Source: an uncultured virus (IMG/VR IMGVR_UViG_3300035701_006463) (taxonomy: Duplodnaviria; Heunggongvirae; Uroviricota; Caudoviricetes). From it: a DNA stretch of 64,000 bases. Where the stretch lies: the IMG/VR virus record IMGVR_UViG_3300035701_006463. One strand, written 5' to 3'. The notes below the pieces were generated by a model, which had not been told where the DNA came from, did not search any database, and saw only the letters and a list, made by a program, of their open reading frames with translations. Position numbers and translations under genes: made by a program. This document shows, in pieces, positions 1 through 9,312 of this stretch (positions within the stretch are counted from its first letter, which is position 1; each line of letters opens with the position of its first letter).

Positions 1-252
1 ACGGAAACCTCTACGAGTGTGTCCACCAGTTGTTTGACAGCTTATCAAACTTCAACATCAACAACAGCTGTTGATACCCATACACTTAACGCGACGTCCA
101 CATACACGGACTTCACCACTTGTTCCACTATGTACACATCAACATCTGTGACAGGTGTGGTGGGTGGTGGGTATCCGTGGTGGTTAATTGTCATCCCAGC
201 AGCGATGTTCGTATTGGTTATAATTCTTGTACGGAGGAGAAGGTATGGTTAG
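1..252 (+). CDS. C-terminal part of a Thr/Ser-rich membrane-anchored surface protein (5' end outside window)
   Basis: Frame is open from base 1; Thr/Ser-rich linker, then TM helix YPWWLIVIPAAMFVLVIILV and basic tail RRRR. Confidence 0.8.
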   Translation, partial: TETSTSVSTSCLTAYQTSTSTTAVDTHTLNATSTYTDFTTCSTMYTSTSVTGVVGGGYPWWLIVIPAAMFVLVIILVRRRRYG

Positions 253-652
253 GTACAGACGTAAGCTCGGGCTAGGTAATCTTCGTGGTGTTCAGACCCC
301 GGCTATACTAATAGCTGTGTTGCTTGTAATTCTGATGTTTTTGATGTATGCGGGTCCTAGGTTCGGTTTCACGGCAGCTATGACGGATACTCTCTTCATG
401 CTCATCCCGTCCATGTTCGGGCTAATTGTATGTGCTTGGGTGGCACGTGAGGCTACGAATCCTGCCTTCGTTGGTGGGGCTGTTATGGGGATAGGGATAA
501 CTGTGTGCTACACTTTATATGCATTGTATGGTGTTGGTGTGTTCACTGATGCTACTTTCCTGCCTGGTACACTACAGGGTACAATGATCTTTTGTATGGT
601 TATATTTTGTTTTTTGGGGGCTGTGGCGGGTGCATTGATGAGACGGAGATGA
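245..652 (+). CDS. Multi-pass membrane protein with possible class III (prepilin-like) leader
   Basis: Basic N-terminus ending NLRG/VQTPAILIAVLL, about 4 hydrophobic helices; ATG at 245. Confidence 0.6.
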   Translation: MVRYRRKLGLGNLRGVQTPAILIAVLLVILMFLMYAGPRFGFTAAMTDTLFMLIPSMFGLIVCAWVAREATNPAFVGGAVMGIGITVCYTLYALYGVGVFTDATFLPGTLQGTMIFCMVIFCFLGAVAGALMRRR

Positions 653-682
653 ATTGTACTGATGTATATGAGGGGATGTAAA

Positions 683-752
683 GAGGAAAGACGATGGAGG
701 AGACTGTAATACGAATTAAAACTATCACCTCTTTTTCTCCTCCCCGTCCCTC
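683..752 (+). ncRNA. BHB-bounded dual-9-nt-spacer hairpin, copy 1
   Basis: GAGG-AAA-GACGATG-GAGGAGA-[CTG TAATACGAA TTAAAA CTA TCACCTCTT TT]-TCTCCTC-C-CCGTC-CCTC, then AAT bulge and 6-bp outer helix (677-682/756-761). Confidence 0.85.
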
Positions 753-806
753 AATTTTATACTCCCTCTCTATAGTAGGTGGAGTGGCAATGGTATTGTT
801 GTTTAG

Positions 807-1202
807 GTGTTGAATTTGGGAAAAAGAAGAGGTTTGACGGCGTCTCAGTATGCGGAGGTGAGAAACAACAAACACGAGCATACAGCGCAAGTATACTTGG
901 ATCCAAAGGTGATAGATGAGGAATATTTGAATCGGTTTTTAGGTAAGGTTTTCTTTTGGTCATTCGGGTTCAATAAAACTGGACCATACACACATTCAAC
1001 AAAATTCAGGGTGTGTACCCACAGGTTCATTCCACAACATAAGTTATCTTCATTAGTTGAAGGAGCATTCCAAAATGGATGTGAGGTCAAGCCTGTGCAG
1101 GGATATAGCTTTCGTCATACATTTGATGTTAAAACAACAACTCCTCTCAGGTGGGATGAGTTTGTATGGAGAATTGTTAAGGCACTAGAAGGGGTGTTGT
1201 AG
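807..1202 (+). CDS. Hypothetical protein
   Basis: 131-aa ORF in operon direction. Confidence 0.6.
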   Translation: MLNLGKRRGLTASQYAEVRNNKHEHTAQVYLDPKVIDEEYLNRFLGKVFFWSFGFNKTGPYTHSTKFRVCTHRFIPQHKLSSLVEGAFQNGCEVKPVQGYSFRHTFDVKTTTPLRWDEFVWRIVKALEGVL

Positions 1203-1336
1203 AATGGGGGGGTTGTTGGATTGGGACACACTGAGGGGAATACTGGTGATGGTTGTGATACTCCTCATATTCTCTGGGCGCGGGTTTCAGATCGTTTCGG
1301 GGTTGTTGAAGAAGGCAGTCAAACGCTATGGAGGAT

Positions 1337-1350
1337 AAAAGTTTATATAT
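1337..1350 (+). promoter_or_regulatory. Archaeal BRE-TATA promoter
   Basis: AAAAGTTTATATAT about 30 nt upstream of ATG 1382. Confidence 0.55.
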
Positions 1351-1381
1351 CCCAAATAATCATAATTATAATGAGAAGTTT

Positions 1382-1474
1382 ATGGATACAATTGAAATTG
1401 TCCTACTTGTCCTCATTGTTATATGTGGTATAGCTTTTGTGACATTGATGAGGTCAAGGAAGAAGGCAAGGTAG
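1382..1474 (+). CDS. Small single-TM protein (30 aa)
   Basis: Translated by hand: MDTIEIVLLVLIVICGIAFVTLMRSRKKAR. Confidence 0.5.
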   Translation: MDTIEIVLLVLIVICGIAFVTLMRSRKKAR

Positions 1475-1612
1475 ATGCCCACCGTATACGTTCCCGACGA
1501 GTTGGTATTCGAGATCGTCAAACTGGGCAAGAATCATAAACAATACATCAAAGAGGCTATCAGGGAAAAACTAGAGCGGGAAGGTGTACTACTAAAACGG
1601 GAGAGCAGGTGA
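1475..1612 (+). CDS. Ribbon-helix-helix DNA-binding protein (45 aa)
   Basis: Translated by hand: MPTVYVPDELVFEIVKLGKNHKQYIKEAIREKLERE, RHH pattern; stop overlaps next start. Confidence 0.7.
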   Translation: MPTVYVPDELVFEIVKLGKNHKQYIKEAIREKLEREGVLLKRESR

Positions 1613-2136
1613 AGATGACAAAAGAAGAGACCGAGCTAGAACAGTCGCGTGCGGAAGTGAACAAACTCAGGTGGGAGCGTAAGGAGTGGGACGAAGAGCG
1701 TGTGGAGCTTCAAGCAGCTATAAGTGATGCAGAGCAACTACTAATAAAGAAAAGTAAAGAGTGGGAAGACGAAAAGAAAGAACTCCAGAAGACTATAAAA
1801 AACAATGTACGTCCTGAGGTGGTTGTGAATGCTGAGTACACGAAAGAGTATTTTCCTAAGGCGTTCTTGTTTCTGTTATCGCTTGTAGACAAGAAGGGTA
1901 GGTTCACCACGCTATATACCAAATGGATGTCGCTGTTCAACTATATGTTTGTGTGTGGGGTCGGTGTCTTTATCAACATGTACGTGCTGCTATCGTTCTC
2001 AAATTTCATGACACTGTGGTTGGCTAACATTGTTGCTATATTCACTGCGTTCCTCTTTAACTGGACGTTTTCTGTTGGACCACTTGGATATCTATTCGGA
2101 CTGTCCCCGAAAATTAAGGTGGAAAAACGAACATGA
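1609..2136 (+). CDS. Coiled-coil plus GtrA-like membrane domain protein
   Basis: C-terminal FNYMFVCGVGVFINMYVL...LANIVAIFTAFLFNW resembles GtrA flippase helices. Confidence 0.65.
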   Translation: MKMTKEETELEQSRAEVNKLRWERKEWDEERVELQAAISDAEQLLIKKSKEWEDEKKELQKTIKNNVRPEVVVNAEYTKEYFPKAFLFLLSLVDKKGRFTTLYTKWMSLFNYMFVCGVGVFINMYVLLSFSNFMTLWLANIVAIFTAFLFNWTFSVGPLGYLFGLSPKIKVEKRT

Positions 2137-2354
2137 GTGAAGAAAATCCTTTCACCGACTTCCCCAAATTCAACGATTGGTTCCTCAGCGAGAAAGCGTT
2201 AAGATGGCGTAGTAAACATGAAGCCGAGATCGTGAACAGTTTGAAACTACTATCGCTGTGGCAATCCGAGTTCCCGGACAAACAACCCTCCGAGGTCAAA
2301 CAGGAGATCGTTGGGCTTAAAGCTAGGATTGAGATTTTGGAGGAAAGAAAATGA
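2133..2354 (+). CDS. Hypothetical protein
   Basis: ATGA-coupled 73-aa ORF. Confidence 0.6.
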   Translation: MSEENPFTDFPKFNDWFLSEKALRWRSKHEAEIVNSLKLLSLWQSEFPDKQPSEVKQEIVGLKARIEILEERK

Positions 2355-2530
2355 GGCTTTATCTTAATGGAAAATGTACTCGAGTTAGGAAAGTGGTTGG
2401 TGAGAGGGATAAGTTTGAGATTATCATAGAGAGCGGGAGCGATGAGCGCACCCTTATTGGACTTGGTGGTGTGGGACTGGAGAAACTTTTTGCACAAATC
2501 GATTATGTGTTGAAGGAGGCGAAAACATGA
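2351..2530 (+). CDS. Hypothetical protein (59 aa)
   Basis: Hand-translated MRLYLNGKCTRVRKVVGERDKFEII..., ATGA overlaps at both ends. Confidence 0.6.
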   Translation: MRLYLNGKCTRVRKVVGERDKFEIIIESGSDERTLIGLGGVGLEKLFAQIDYVLKEAKT

Positions 2531-2910
2531 TCCCAAGACCCAGTGAGGGGGTATTTCAGAGGCTAGTTGAGTATAAGGTGGTCACAGTGAGAAGTAATAA
2601 GTATGTATACTCCCCTGAATTTGAGTCGTCTGTGAGTTATCTCCGGGAACATCCTCCCGGGAAACTCGAGCAAACGCGTATGGGGAGCAAGGTTCGTTCT
2701 GGTGTTATTCCCGCTCTGGTGAAATACGTGGCTCACATTAACAAGAAAAAAGAATATGTAGAGAACGTGATAGTTGCATATGTCTGCTTGGATGCCCACT
2801 TCAAGAGGCTTGGTATGAGCTTTCCAAGTGATCAGTTAGCTGATATTGTTTACGGGACGTTTTATCTCAACGACAATGAGCCGGAGGTAGAGCCCGTGGT
2901 AGGTGAGTAA
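2527..2910 (+). CDS. Hypothetical protein
   Basis: 127-aa coupled ORF. Confidence 0.6.
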   Translation: MIPRPSEGVFQRLVEYKVVTVRSNKYVYSPEFESSVSYLREHPPGKLEQTRMGSKVRSGVIPALVKYVAHINKKKEYVENVIVAYVCLDAHFKRLGMSFPSDQLADIVYGTFYLNDNEPEVEPVVGE

Positions 2911-3574
2911 AATGGATACTGAAGAAGTTTTGGGAGTGGTGTTACATTACTTCTGTTTAATAGCGCCCATGGTGGGTATGGTCTACTCACTGTGTCATGT
3001 GGCTGTGAACGGTATATATGGTTACATCTACTTGCCCGGAATTAGTGCAGCTATCATTCATTCGTGGTCCCTGTTTTGTATACTTGGATTCTTCGGGGTT
3101 ACATATTACATGTTGAGCTACTTAATGCCATTACTGAGGATGATTGTAGCTTTATCCCTTACTATTTTTTCTATTCAAGTATACGACTTCTTGTGGTCGG
3201 CATTCAGCCAAGCCGTCCGAGGTGTTGGATTCTCGTGGGGGGCGTTGGTAGCTAGTTTTATGTTACTGGTCTTATTAGAGCGTATGGACAACAAGCACAA
3301 TTTTATCAGTGTACCTAGACTTTTTACCACAAAACATCTATTCTCGTTGATAGGGATAGCTATCCTGCTTTTATCATTCAAGGGACTGGTGGACACGGGC
3401 TTCTTCCAGGCCATGACCTTGTACGAGCAGGGATTGGGACCAGATCCAAACATAGGTAGCTTCCTATGGGTAGCTAGGAGGCCGGCAGTGTTCTGTGCCC
3501 TCATTCCGTGGTTGAAAATTAAGAAGGGGTTTGTAGCACCGTTACGATTGGATCCGAGGGTGTTGGTTTGGTGA
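2903..3574 (+). CDS. Polytopic membrane protein, paralog family A
   Basis: Motif DTGFFQAMTLYEQGLGPDP shared with 5836..6483. Confidence 0.7.
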   Translation: MSKMDTEEVLGVVLHYFCLIAPMVGMVYSLCHVAVNGIYGYIYLPGISAAIIHSWSLFCILGFFGVTYYMLSYLMPLLRMIVALSLTIFSIQVYDFLWSAFSQAVRGVGFSWGALVASFMLLVLLERMDNKHNFISVPRLFTTKHLFSLIGIAILLLSFKGLVDTGFFQAMTLYEQGLGPDPNIGSFLWVARRPAVFCALIPWLKIKKGFVAPLRLDPRVLVW

Positions 3575-4011
3575 AATTGGTTGTGATTAATCTTGTTGTC
3601 GCTGTTATTTTATTGTTTTCAACAGTTTCGGGTATTAGTGGTACTTTGAATAATATTAGTAAGTACGGGTGGTCTCGTGAGGAAACAGAAATGGTGAACG
3701 GGAAGATTGTTTCAGTTAGTACGGTGTCGTCAGTTACGGAGCTGGTTAGTTGCTGTGTGGTTGGGATGTTTGGATTTGTATTATTAGCAAACATAGGTGC
3801 TTTGTGGCAACAACGGCCCAAGATCGAGTTCGCTGATACAGAGGGTCTCGATGTTGAGTTCCCGAAGGGTAAGCCGAAAGTGTGGGATGTTTGGTATGAT
3901 CCTGTGTTAAAGATAGTGGGGGTCACTGTGAACGAATTTGTGGTGATGTTTCCACTGGGTATGGTATTGAAGTGGGATCAGGGCTGTGTTAGAGGGGAAG
4001 AGGTTGGTTGA
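3568..4011 (+). CDS. Membrane protein, hypothetical
   Basis: Two hydrophobic segments, 147 aa. Confidence 0.55.
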   Translation: MVKLVVINLVVAVILLFSTVSGISGTLNNISKYGWSREETEMVNGKIVSVSTVSSVTELVSCCVVGMFGFVLLANIGALWQQRPKIEFADTEGLDVEFPKGKPKVWDVWYDPVLKIVGVTVNEFVVMFPLGMVLKWDQGCVRGEEVG

Positions 4012-4357
4012 GTCTAGTCTCGTTGAATGTAAGAGCTGTGGTGTTCTGATCCTTAAGGTTAACGCCGAGACACAGGATGGAATGTGTAAGGTATGTTGTA
4101 TCAAGGCTCTCCGTGGTCATATCACAGAACTTGAGGCTAAGCAGTCAGAGTCTTTGGAACAATACATGAAAGAAAAGGAGAGATATTTGGCCCTTGTTGA
4201 GAGTATGACTAAAAGGGCGGATTTTACAGAGGAGAGAATACAAAAGATAGCTAAAATCATTGATAATCTGCCTATGAGGAGTTTGACAGAGAAGATACAG
4301 AAAATTAGAGGTCTTTTGATCGAGGAAGGTGTAGGTAGGTCTGATGGGAATGTTTGA
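3986..4357 (+). CDS. Zn-finger plus coiled-coil protein
   Basis: CKSC...CKVC followed by heptad-like region. Confidence 0.6.
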   Translation: MLEGKRLVESSLVECKSCGVLILKVNAETQDGMCKVCCIKALRGHITELEAKQSESLEQYMKEKERYLALVESMTKRADFTEERIQKIAKIIDNLPMRSLTEKIQKIRGLLIEEGVGRSDGNV

Positions 4358-5108
4358 CTTAACTGGTAGGGCCGATGCAGAGACAATTAAAAAGAGGTAC
4401 CAACGTGAGGTTGATAATGCATACGAAAACGTTACGAACAAGGTCCGTTGGCTCTACGGTATGAATCATAAGTTAAAAAGTGCTATGTCTGATATTGAGC
4501 GGTTAGAAAGGGACATTAAAGCGGGGCAGGACGAAAGAAAAGAACTCTATGAGTCACTTCAAACTTTACTTATGAAAGAAACTAATTTTGAGAAAGAAAT
4601 GTGGAGCACAACCCAACGGGGTAGTAGAGTTACTACCATTAATGTTAAACAAAGATTCACTGATAGTGATGTGGATGAAATCCGATATGATTCAATGCTG
4701 AATTATCTACAAAGATACCCAGAGTATGCATCTAAGTCAAGTTTTAGTAAGATACTGGATAAAATAGTTTCAATAGAGGCAGGTATTAAAAACACAAAAC
4801 AGAATTTTCATGGTGCCATTGCTAGGGCAAAAACGGAAATTTCTTATTTCCCAAGGAATATAATGGAGGCAAAAAATACAATCAAAACTTACAACAGGAT
4901 TTTAAAAGAAGGTGTGGAAAAATTAGAAAGTATGCGTTATAAAAGGAGCATTTTCTTCAGGCTGTCCAGTGAGTCGAATAAATTGAAAGTTATGCTTGAT
5001 GTACTTCCACACAAGGTTAATGAAAATGAGGATACAATTAATAGAATAGAAGAGGAAGTAAAACTTGCTGAGAGTAGGTTTAGTTATAATGAAGGGTCTA
5101 AAATATGA
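4344..5108 (+). CDS. LemA-like coiled-coil protein
   Basis: RYPEYASKSSFSKILDKIVSIEAGIKNTKQNF...ISYFPRNI resembles the LemA C-terminal motif. Confidence 0.6.
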   Translation: MGMFDLTGRADAETIKKRYQREVDNAYENVTNKVRWLYGMNHKLKSAMSDIERLERDIKAGQDERKELYESLQTLLMKETNFEKEMWSTTQRGSRVTTINVKQRFTDSDVDEIRYDSMLNYLQRYPEYASKSSFSKILDKIVSIEAGIKNTKQNFHGAIARAKTEISYFPRNIMEAKNTIKTYNRILKEGVEKLESMRYKRSIFFRLSSESNKLKVMLDVLPHKVNENEDTINRIEEEVKLAESRFSYNEGSKI

Positions 5109-5335
5109 GCATGAACGGGGATGTACAGAAAATGCCTATTGAGATGGCACAGATACAAAAAAGGCTTGAAGAATTACAGGAAATGCAAAGAAATGAATTA
5201 GCAAAAAGAAATAAAGTATGTCCTCAATGTGGTGGAACGGGAACAATGGTTATTGTGACACGTTCGATCCTGTTTCCTACAAAGATTAAGATTGTGATTT
5301 GTGATAGGTGCAAGGGATGGCGAATGATCGAGTGA
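5105..5335 (+). CDS. DnaJ-type Zn-finger protein
   Basis: CPQCGGTG...CDRCKG. Confidence 0.65.
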   Translation: MSMNGDVQKMPIEMAQIQKRLEELQEMQRNELAKRNKVCPQCGGTGTMVIVTRSILFPTKIKIVICDRCKGWRMIE

Positions 5336-5366
5336 ATGCCAGCATGTGGATGTGAAGGAATAAGTA

Positions 5367-5801
5367 ATGCTGGTACTTGAAACAGTCAGGGAGTGGAAGG
5401 GGGTCAAGGTCACCCTATATCCCGTGTCGTGGATACATGATTCAGCTATCATCGGTGAGGAAACAAAAACCGGGGCGTTTGTCGACATCAGTGAGAACGT
5501 GGTGATAGGCAAGGGGAACAACATACAAAGCCATATCACCATCCCGAGTGGCAGCAAAATTGGTGATGGTAACTTTTTTGGACCAGCGTGTCATCTACTA
5601 AACGACAAGTTTATTAACAGCGTTCTACAAGCTCCTGTGGTGGGCAACCACAATAGGATTGGTGGGTCTGTTTTAGTTCTGCCGGGTGTTAAAATTGGGG
5701 ATAATTGCTTTATCGGAGCTGGGGCAATGATAACACGAGACGTTCCTAGTGGTACAGAGATCCTTCCGGGAAAGGGAAAGAAGGAGCGTATTGTATGGTG
5801 A
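5367..5801 (+). CDS. Hexapeptide-repeat sugar N-acetyltransferase (WbpD-like)
   Basis: Left-handed beta-helix repeats, VLPGVKIGDNCFIGAGAMITRDVP. Confidence 0.85.
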   Translation: MLVLETVREWKGVKVTLYPVSWIHDSAIIGEETKTGAFVDISENVVIGKGNNIQSHITIPSGSKIGDGNFFGPACHLLNDKFINSVLQAPVVGNHNRIGGSVLVLPGVKIGDNCFIGAGAMITRDVPSGTEILPGKGKKERIVW

Positions 5802-5807
5802 GAAATC

Positions 5808-5845
5808 TTGGAAAGGTGGTCGAGGAGGCTAACATTTGCATAAAG
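5808..5845 (+). ncRNA. Truncated 5' half of the dual-spacer hairpin
   Basis: TTGG-AAA-GGTGG-TC-GAGGAGG-CTA-ACATTTGCA-TAAAG; 3' arm absent. Confidence 0.7.
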
Positions 5846-6483
5846 AGCGTTTGATTGGGTATATTGGAGATATATACATAAGTGCCGTGTTAGCCCTACT
5901 GGCCATTAGTGTAGTATCGTTTGTGCTTTTTCCATTCGGTGATTTGATTTTCAATGTGGGTGGAATTTGGTTGAGTAGTGTGACAGTTATAACATTTACA
6001 TTATCTATTGCTGTGTTGTACTACATTTATAAGGAAATGGATGTATTTCCTAGGATAATGTGTTCCTTGGTACTACCTATATTCGGTATATCATTTCACG
6101 AGGCGTGGTGGCACGTCGGAAGTTGGTATACTTGGGGTATGGGTTTTCCTATATTCTGGATCTCGTATTCGGTGGCACTTTTTTTGGTAGCAATTATACT
6201 TCACATGAGATGTGGCTCTCTAAAATTCACCATGCCTAGGTTGGTATTCATATTGGTTTGTTTGTTGGGGTACAGGGTGGGATGGCAGTATCTTATGGAC
6301 ACGGGCATGTTCCCGGCACTATTATTGTACGAGCAGGGACGAGGGCCGAACCCACAAGGACTTGTCCTCTATCTGAATGCTAGCTTAGGTAGAATGGTGT
6401 GGTTGCTACTGGCTAACTGCCAGAAAGGAGAGTGGTCAATCTTCAAAATGTTAGGTATTCTGAAGGGGGTGGTGGTGAAATGA
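5836..6483 (+). CDS. Polytopic membrane protein, paralog family A
   Basis: DTGMFPALLLYEQGRGPNP motif; start codon uncertain. Confidence 0.7.
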   Translation: MHKERLIGYIGDIYISAVLALLAISVVSFVLFPFGDLIFNVGGIWLSSVTVITFTLSIAVLYYIYKEMDVFPRIMCSLVLPIFGISFHEAWWHVGSWYTWGMGFPIFWISYSVALFLVAIILHMRCGSLKFTMPRLVFILVCLLGYRVGWQYLMDTGMFPALLLYEQGRGPNPQGLVLYLNASLGRMVWLLLANCQKGEWSIFKMLGILKGVVVK

Positions 6484-7109
6484 GCTTTGTTACAGCTGTT
6501 AAGAAGTTTTACATTGACTCCGATTACTACGATTATGATGATGTTGCTACTCATTTCGTCGGGCCCGAAACGTTTTTCCATAGGAGTAGAAGGAATGCAG
6601 TGTTGAGCGTAATTAAAAAGTTCTCCACTGGGTCACCGTACATGGACGCTGGTTGTGGTACGGGACTGATCCTTCGGTACTTGCCGGCAAATTCAATTGG
6701 CGTGGACATCAGCCCTCTTCATCTCAAACGGACGAGGGAGAAGCTGCCTGAGACTATGTTGATAATGGCTGATATTGAGAACCTGCCAATTAGGAAGGGA
6801 TCGTGTTCCACGGTAGTTTGTACTGAAACGTTGGAGCACCTGCCGTCGCCTAGAAGGGCAGTGGAGCAGATTAGATATGTGTTACGAAAAGCTGGCGTTT
6901 TCATAGGGTCTATTCCACATCGGTTCTTTCTCTGGTATTTCAAGTTTCTTAGTTTTACATGCGATCATACTGTGCCGTTTCATAGGGAGTATAGTGTTAG
7001 AGAGGTTAGAAATTTGTTGAGAGAGTTTGACATCATGATGATTAAGCCATGTGCGCTAATGTTAACTGTGGTATTCGCCGCACGGTTTAATGGAGGTAGA
7101 GTATGTTAA
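6480..7109 (+). CDS. Class I SAM-dependent methyltransferase
   Basis: MDAGCGTG, VCTETLEHLP; ATGA-coupled start. Confidence 0.9.
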   Translation: MSFVTAVKKFYIDSDYYDYDDVATHFVGPETFFHRSRRNAVLSVIKKFSTGSPYMDAGCGTGLILRYLPANSIGVDISPLHLKRTREKLPETMLIMADIENLPIRKGSCSTVVCTETLEHLPSPRRAVEQIRYVLRKAGVFIGSIPHRFFLWYFKFLSFTCDHTVPFHREYSVREVRNLLREFDIMMIKPCALMLTVVFAARFNGGRVC

Positions 7110-7121
7110 GAGACAGTTGCA

Positions 7122-7191
7122 CTGGAAAGGTGTTTGATGGGACTAAAGTCCACGTTAAAACTAGAAATCCATTTTCCTTTCAGCACCCCAG
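7122..7191 (+). ncRNA. BHB/BHL-bounded dual-9-nt-spacer hairpin, copy 2
   Basis: CTGG-AAA-GGTGT-T-TGATGGGA-[CTA AAGTCCACG TTAAAA CTA GAAATCCAT TT]-TCCTTTCA-GCACC-CCAG, then AAA. Confidence 0.85.
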
Positions 7192-7209
7192 AAAGCAGGA
7201 TGTGAAAGA

Positions 7210-8313
7210 ATGAGGATAGGTATAGCAGCCCCGAATTTGGGTGAAAAAGAGCTGGAATATGTAACTGATGCTGTAAAATCCACCTGGATTTCGTCCAAGG
7301 GGAAATATGTGAAAGGCTTCGAGGACAAATTTGCTGAATACATAGGTACAAAATACGCCTACACGGTCTGTAATGGTACGGCTGCCCTCCACTTGGCTAT
7401 GCTAGCTTGTGGTGTTGGTCCGGGTGATGAGGTTATCATGCCGGCAACAACCATGATAGCCTGTGCAAATGTTGTAAAGTACTGTGGTGGAAAGCCAGTC
7501 TTCGTAGACATCGAGGAGGACACGTGGTGTATAGACCCAGCCGATATTGTTAATAAGATAACCAAGAACACTGTGGCTATAATGCCTGTACACCTTTATG
7601 GGCACCCGGCCGATATGAGCCCTATACTGGGGATAGCCGAAGAGTATAGACTCCATGTGATCGAAGATGCCGCTGAAGCTCATGGTGCAGAGTATCGGGG
7701 TAAGAAAGTGGGTGGGATTGGTGATGTAGGATGTTTCAGCTTCTATGGAAATAAAATTCTCGCAACGGGCGAGGGAGGAATGGTCACCACTGACGACGAT
7801 GATCTAGCCAAGAAACTTGATAGTCTGAGAAACCAAGCCTACGACCCTGATAAAAGAGACAAACTCATACACAGTGGCATAGGATACAACTATCGTCTCA
7901 CGAATGTACAATGTGCCCTCGGATTGGCACAGTTGGAGAGGATCGATGAGTTCATAAAAATACACCGGGACAACGCTGACAGATACAACAGGGGCTTGGG
8001 AAAGGGATTGATTCTTCCACCAGAAAAGAGTTGGGCTAAGAACGTTTATTGGATGTACACTACTGTGCTGGATGTTGAATCGCCTGTTGTGAGAGATATG
8101 TTAATGGAGAAGCTCAAATCTGTTGGTGTGGAGACCAGAGCTGTGTTTCCTGCTATTTATCATCAACCACCATACAAGGACTCCTCTTCATGGTGTACAG
8201 TGGCTGATTGGTTCGGAGACAGGGGGCTGAATCTTCCGTCTGGTAACAGTACTACATTTGAAGAGGTGGACTATGTGATTGAGAAGATTAAAGAGTTCCT
8301 TGAGGTGGAGTGA
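7210..8313 (+). CDS. DegT/DnrJ/EryC1/StrS sugar aminotransferase
   Basis: NGTAALHLA, IEDAAEAHGA, FSFYGNKILATGEGGM, GYNYRL. Confidence 0.95.
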   Translation: MRIGIAAPNLGEKELEYVTDAVKSTWISSKGKYVKGFEDKFAEYIGTKYAYTVCNGTAALHLAMLACGVGPGDEVIMPATTMIACANVVKYCGGKPVFVDIEEDTWCIDPADIVNKITKNTVAIMPVHLYGHPADMSPILGIAEEYRLHVIEDAAEAHGAEYRGKKVGGIGDVGCFSFYGNKILATGEGGMVTTDDDDLAKKLDSLRNQAYDPDKRDKLIHSGIGYNYRLTNVQCALGLAQLERIDEFIKIHRDNADRYNRGLGKGLILPPEKSWAKNVYWMYTTVLDVESPVVRDMLMEKLKSVGVETRAVFPAIYHQPPYKDSSSWCTVADWFGDRGLNLPSGNSTTFEEVDYVIEKIKEFLEVE

Positions 8314-8314
8314 C

Positions 8315-9310
8315 ATGCTGAATTTTAGCGTTGTGGGATGTGGTAGGATGGGTAGACGTCGAGCCACGGCTATAACCGAAAACCCGAATGCCCGTCTGGT
8401 TTGTGTTTCCGATTCTGATGAAGTTTTAGGTAAGAAATTAGCCGCGGATCTTCATACAGAGTTCTATCTTGAGAATGAGTTAGCCCTAACGAGACCGGAT
8501 GTTGATGTTGTTGTGATTTCTACACCAAACTCGTACCACTCACCAATGGCTATCGAGGCAATGAAGAGTGGTAAACACGTATTCTGTGAGAAACCTATGG
8601 CAACAACGGCTGATGCTGCTAGGGAAATGGTAAGAGTATCCAAGAAGACTGGTACACTACTAAAGGTGAGTTCAAACATACGTTACTTCGGCAATGTTAA
8701 GAAAGCGAGGGAGTTAGTTCTTTCGGAGCTCATAGGAGATGTATTATTTATGCGTTCCTGGATCGGTCACGAGGGGTGGAATCTCAAGCCGGGTACATGG
8801 TTTGTCGATCCTAACACCATAGGTGGAGGGACTCTAATAGATAACGGATGTCATTTAATTGACATCGTGCGGTGGTACTTCGGGGATGTAGATGAGGTTT
8901 TTGGTTACACGAGCAATTTGTATCGTAAGCTTCCGGGGTTGGAGGATAACGCTGTGGCTGTGTTGGTTACCCGTGGAGGTAAGCCCGCCGTTATTCAATC
9001 ATCATGGACTGAGTGGAATGGATACTTGTATATAGAAATTTACGGTGCAAAGGGTTCGGTGACCATTGATAGTCGTGGTGACGCCGCAAAGACTATTGTT
9101 AGGATGACAGGACATGACGAGGTCTACGACTATGCACGGGAACCACGAGATTCGTTTAAGCGTGAGATTGATGATTTCATAACATGTGTAGGTCGTGGCG
9201 AGAACCTGCCTCCAACGGGGTACGACGGTATGAGAGTGGCAGAAATTATCGACGGTATATACAGGTCGGCGAAAGAGGGTAAGAGAGTATCTGTTGTATC
9301 GGAAGTGTAA
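8315..9310 (+). CDS. Gfo/Idh/MocA oxidoreductase (WbpB-like)
   Basis: VVGCGRMG, GKHVFCEKP, GGTLIDNGCHLID. Confidence 0.92.
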   Translation: MLNFSVVGCGRMGRRRATAITENPNARLVCVSDSDEVLGKKLAADLHTEFYLENELALTRPDVDVVVISTPNSYHSPMAIEAMKSGKHVFCEKPMATTADAAREMVRVSKKTGTLLKVSSNIRYFGNVKKARELVLSELIGDVLFMRSWIGHEGWNLKPGTWFVDPNTIGGGTLIDNGCHLIDIVRWYFGDVDEVFGYTSNLYRKLPGLEDNAVAVLVTRGGKPAVIQSSWTEWNGYLYIEIYGAKGSVTIDSRGDAAKTIVRMTGHDEVYDYAREPRDSFKREIDDFITCVGRGENLPPTGYDGMRVAEIIDGIYRSAKEGKRVSVVSEV

Positions 9311-9312
9311 GA

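Noticed and set aside
725..733. Spacer TCACCTCTT resembles the anti-Shine-Dalgarno and is complementary to AAGAGGTGA near 37658
   Set aside because: A single 9-mer match is expected by chance in 64 kb, and the partner spacer is not adjacent.
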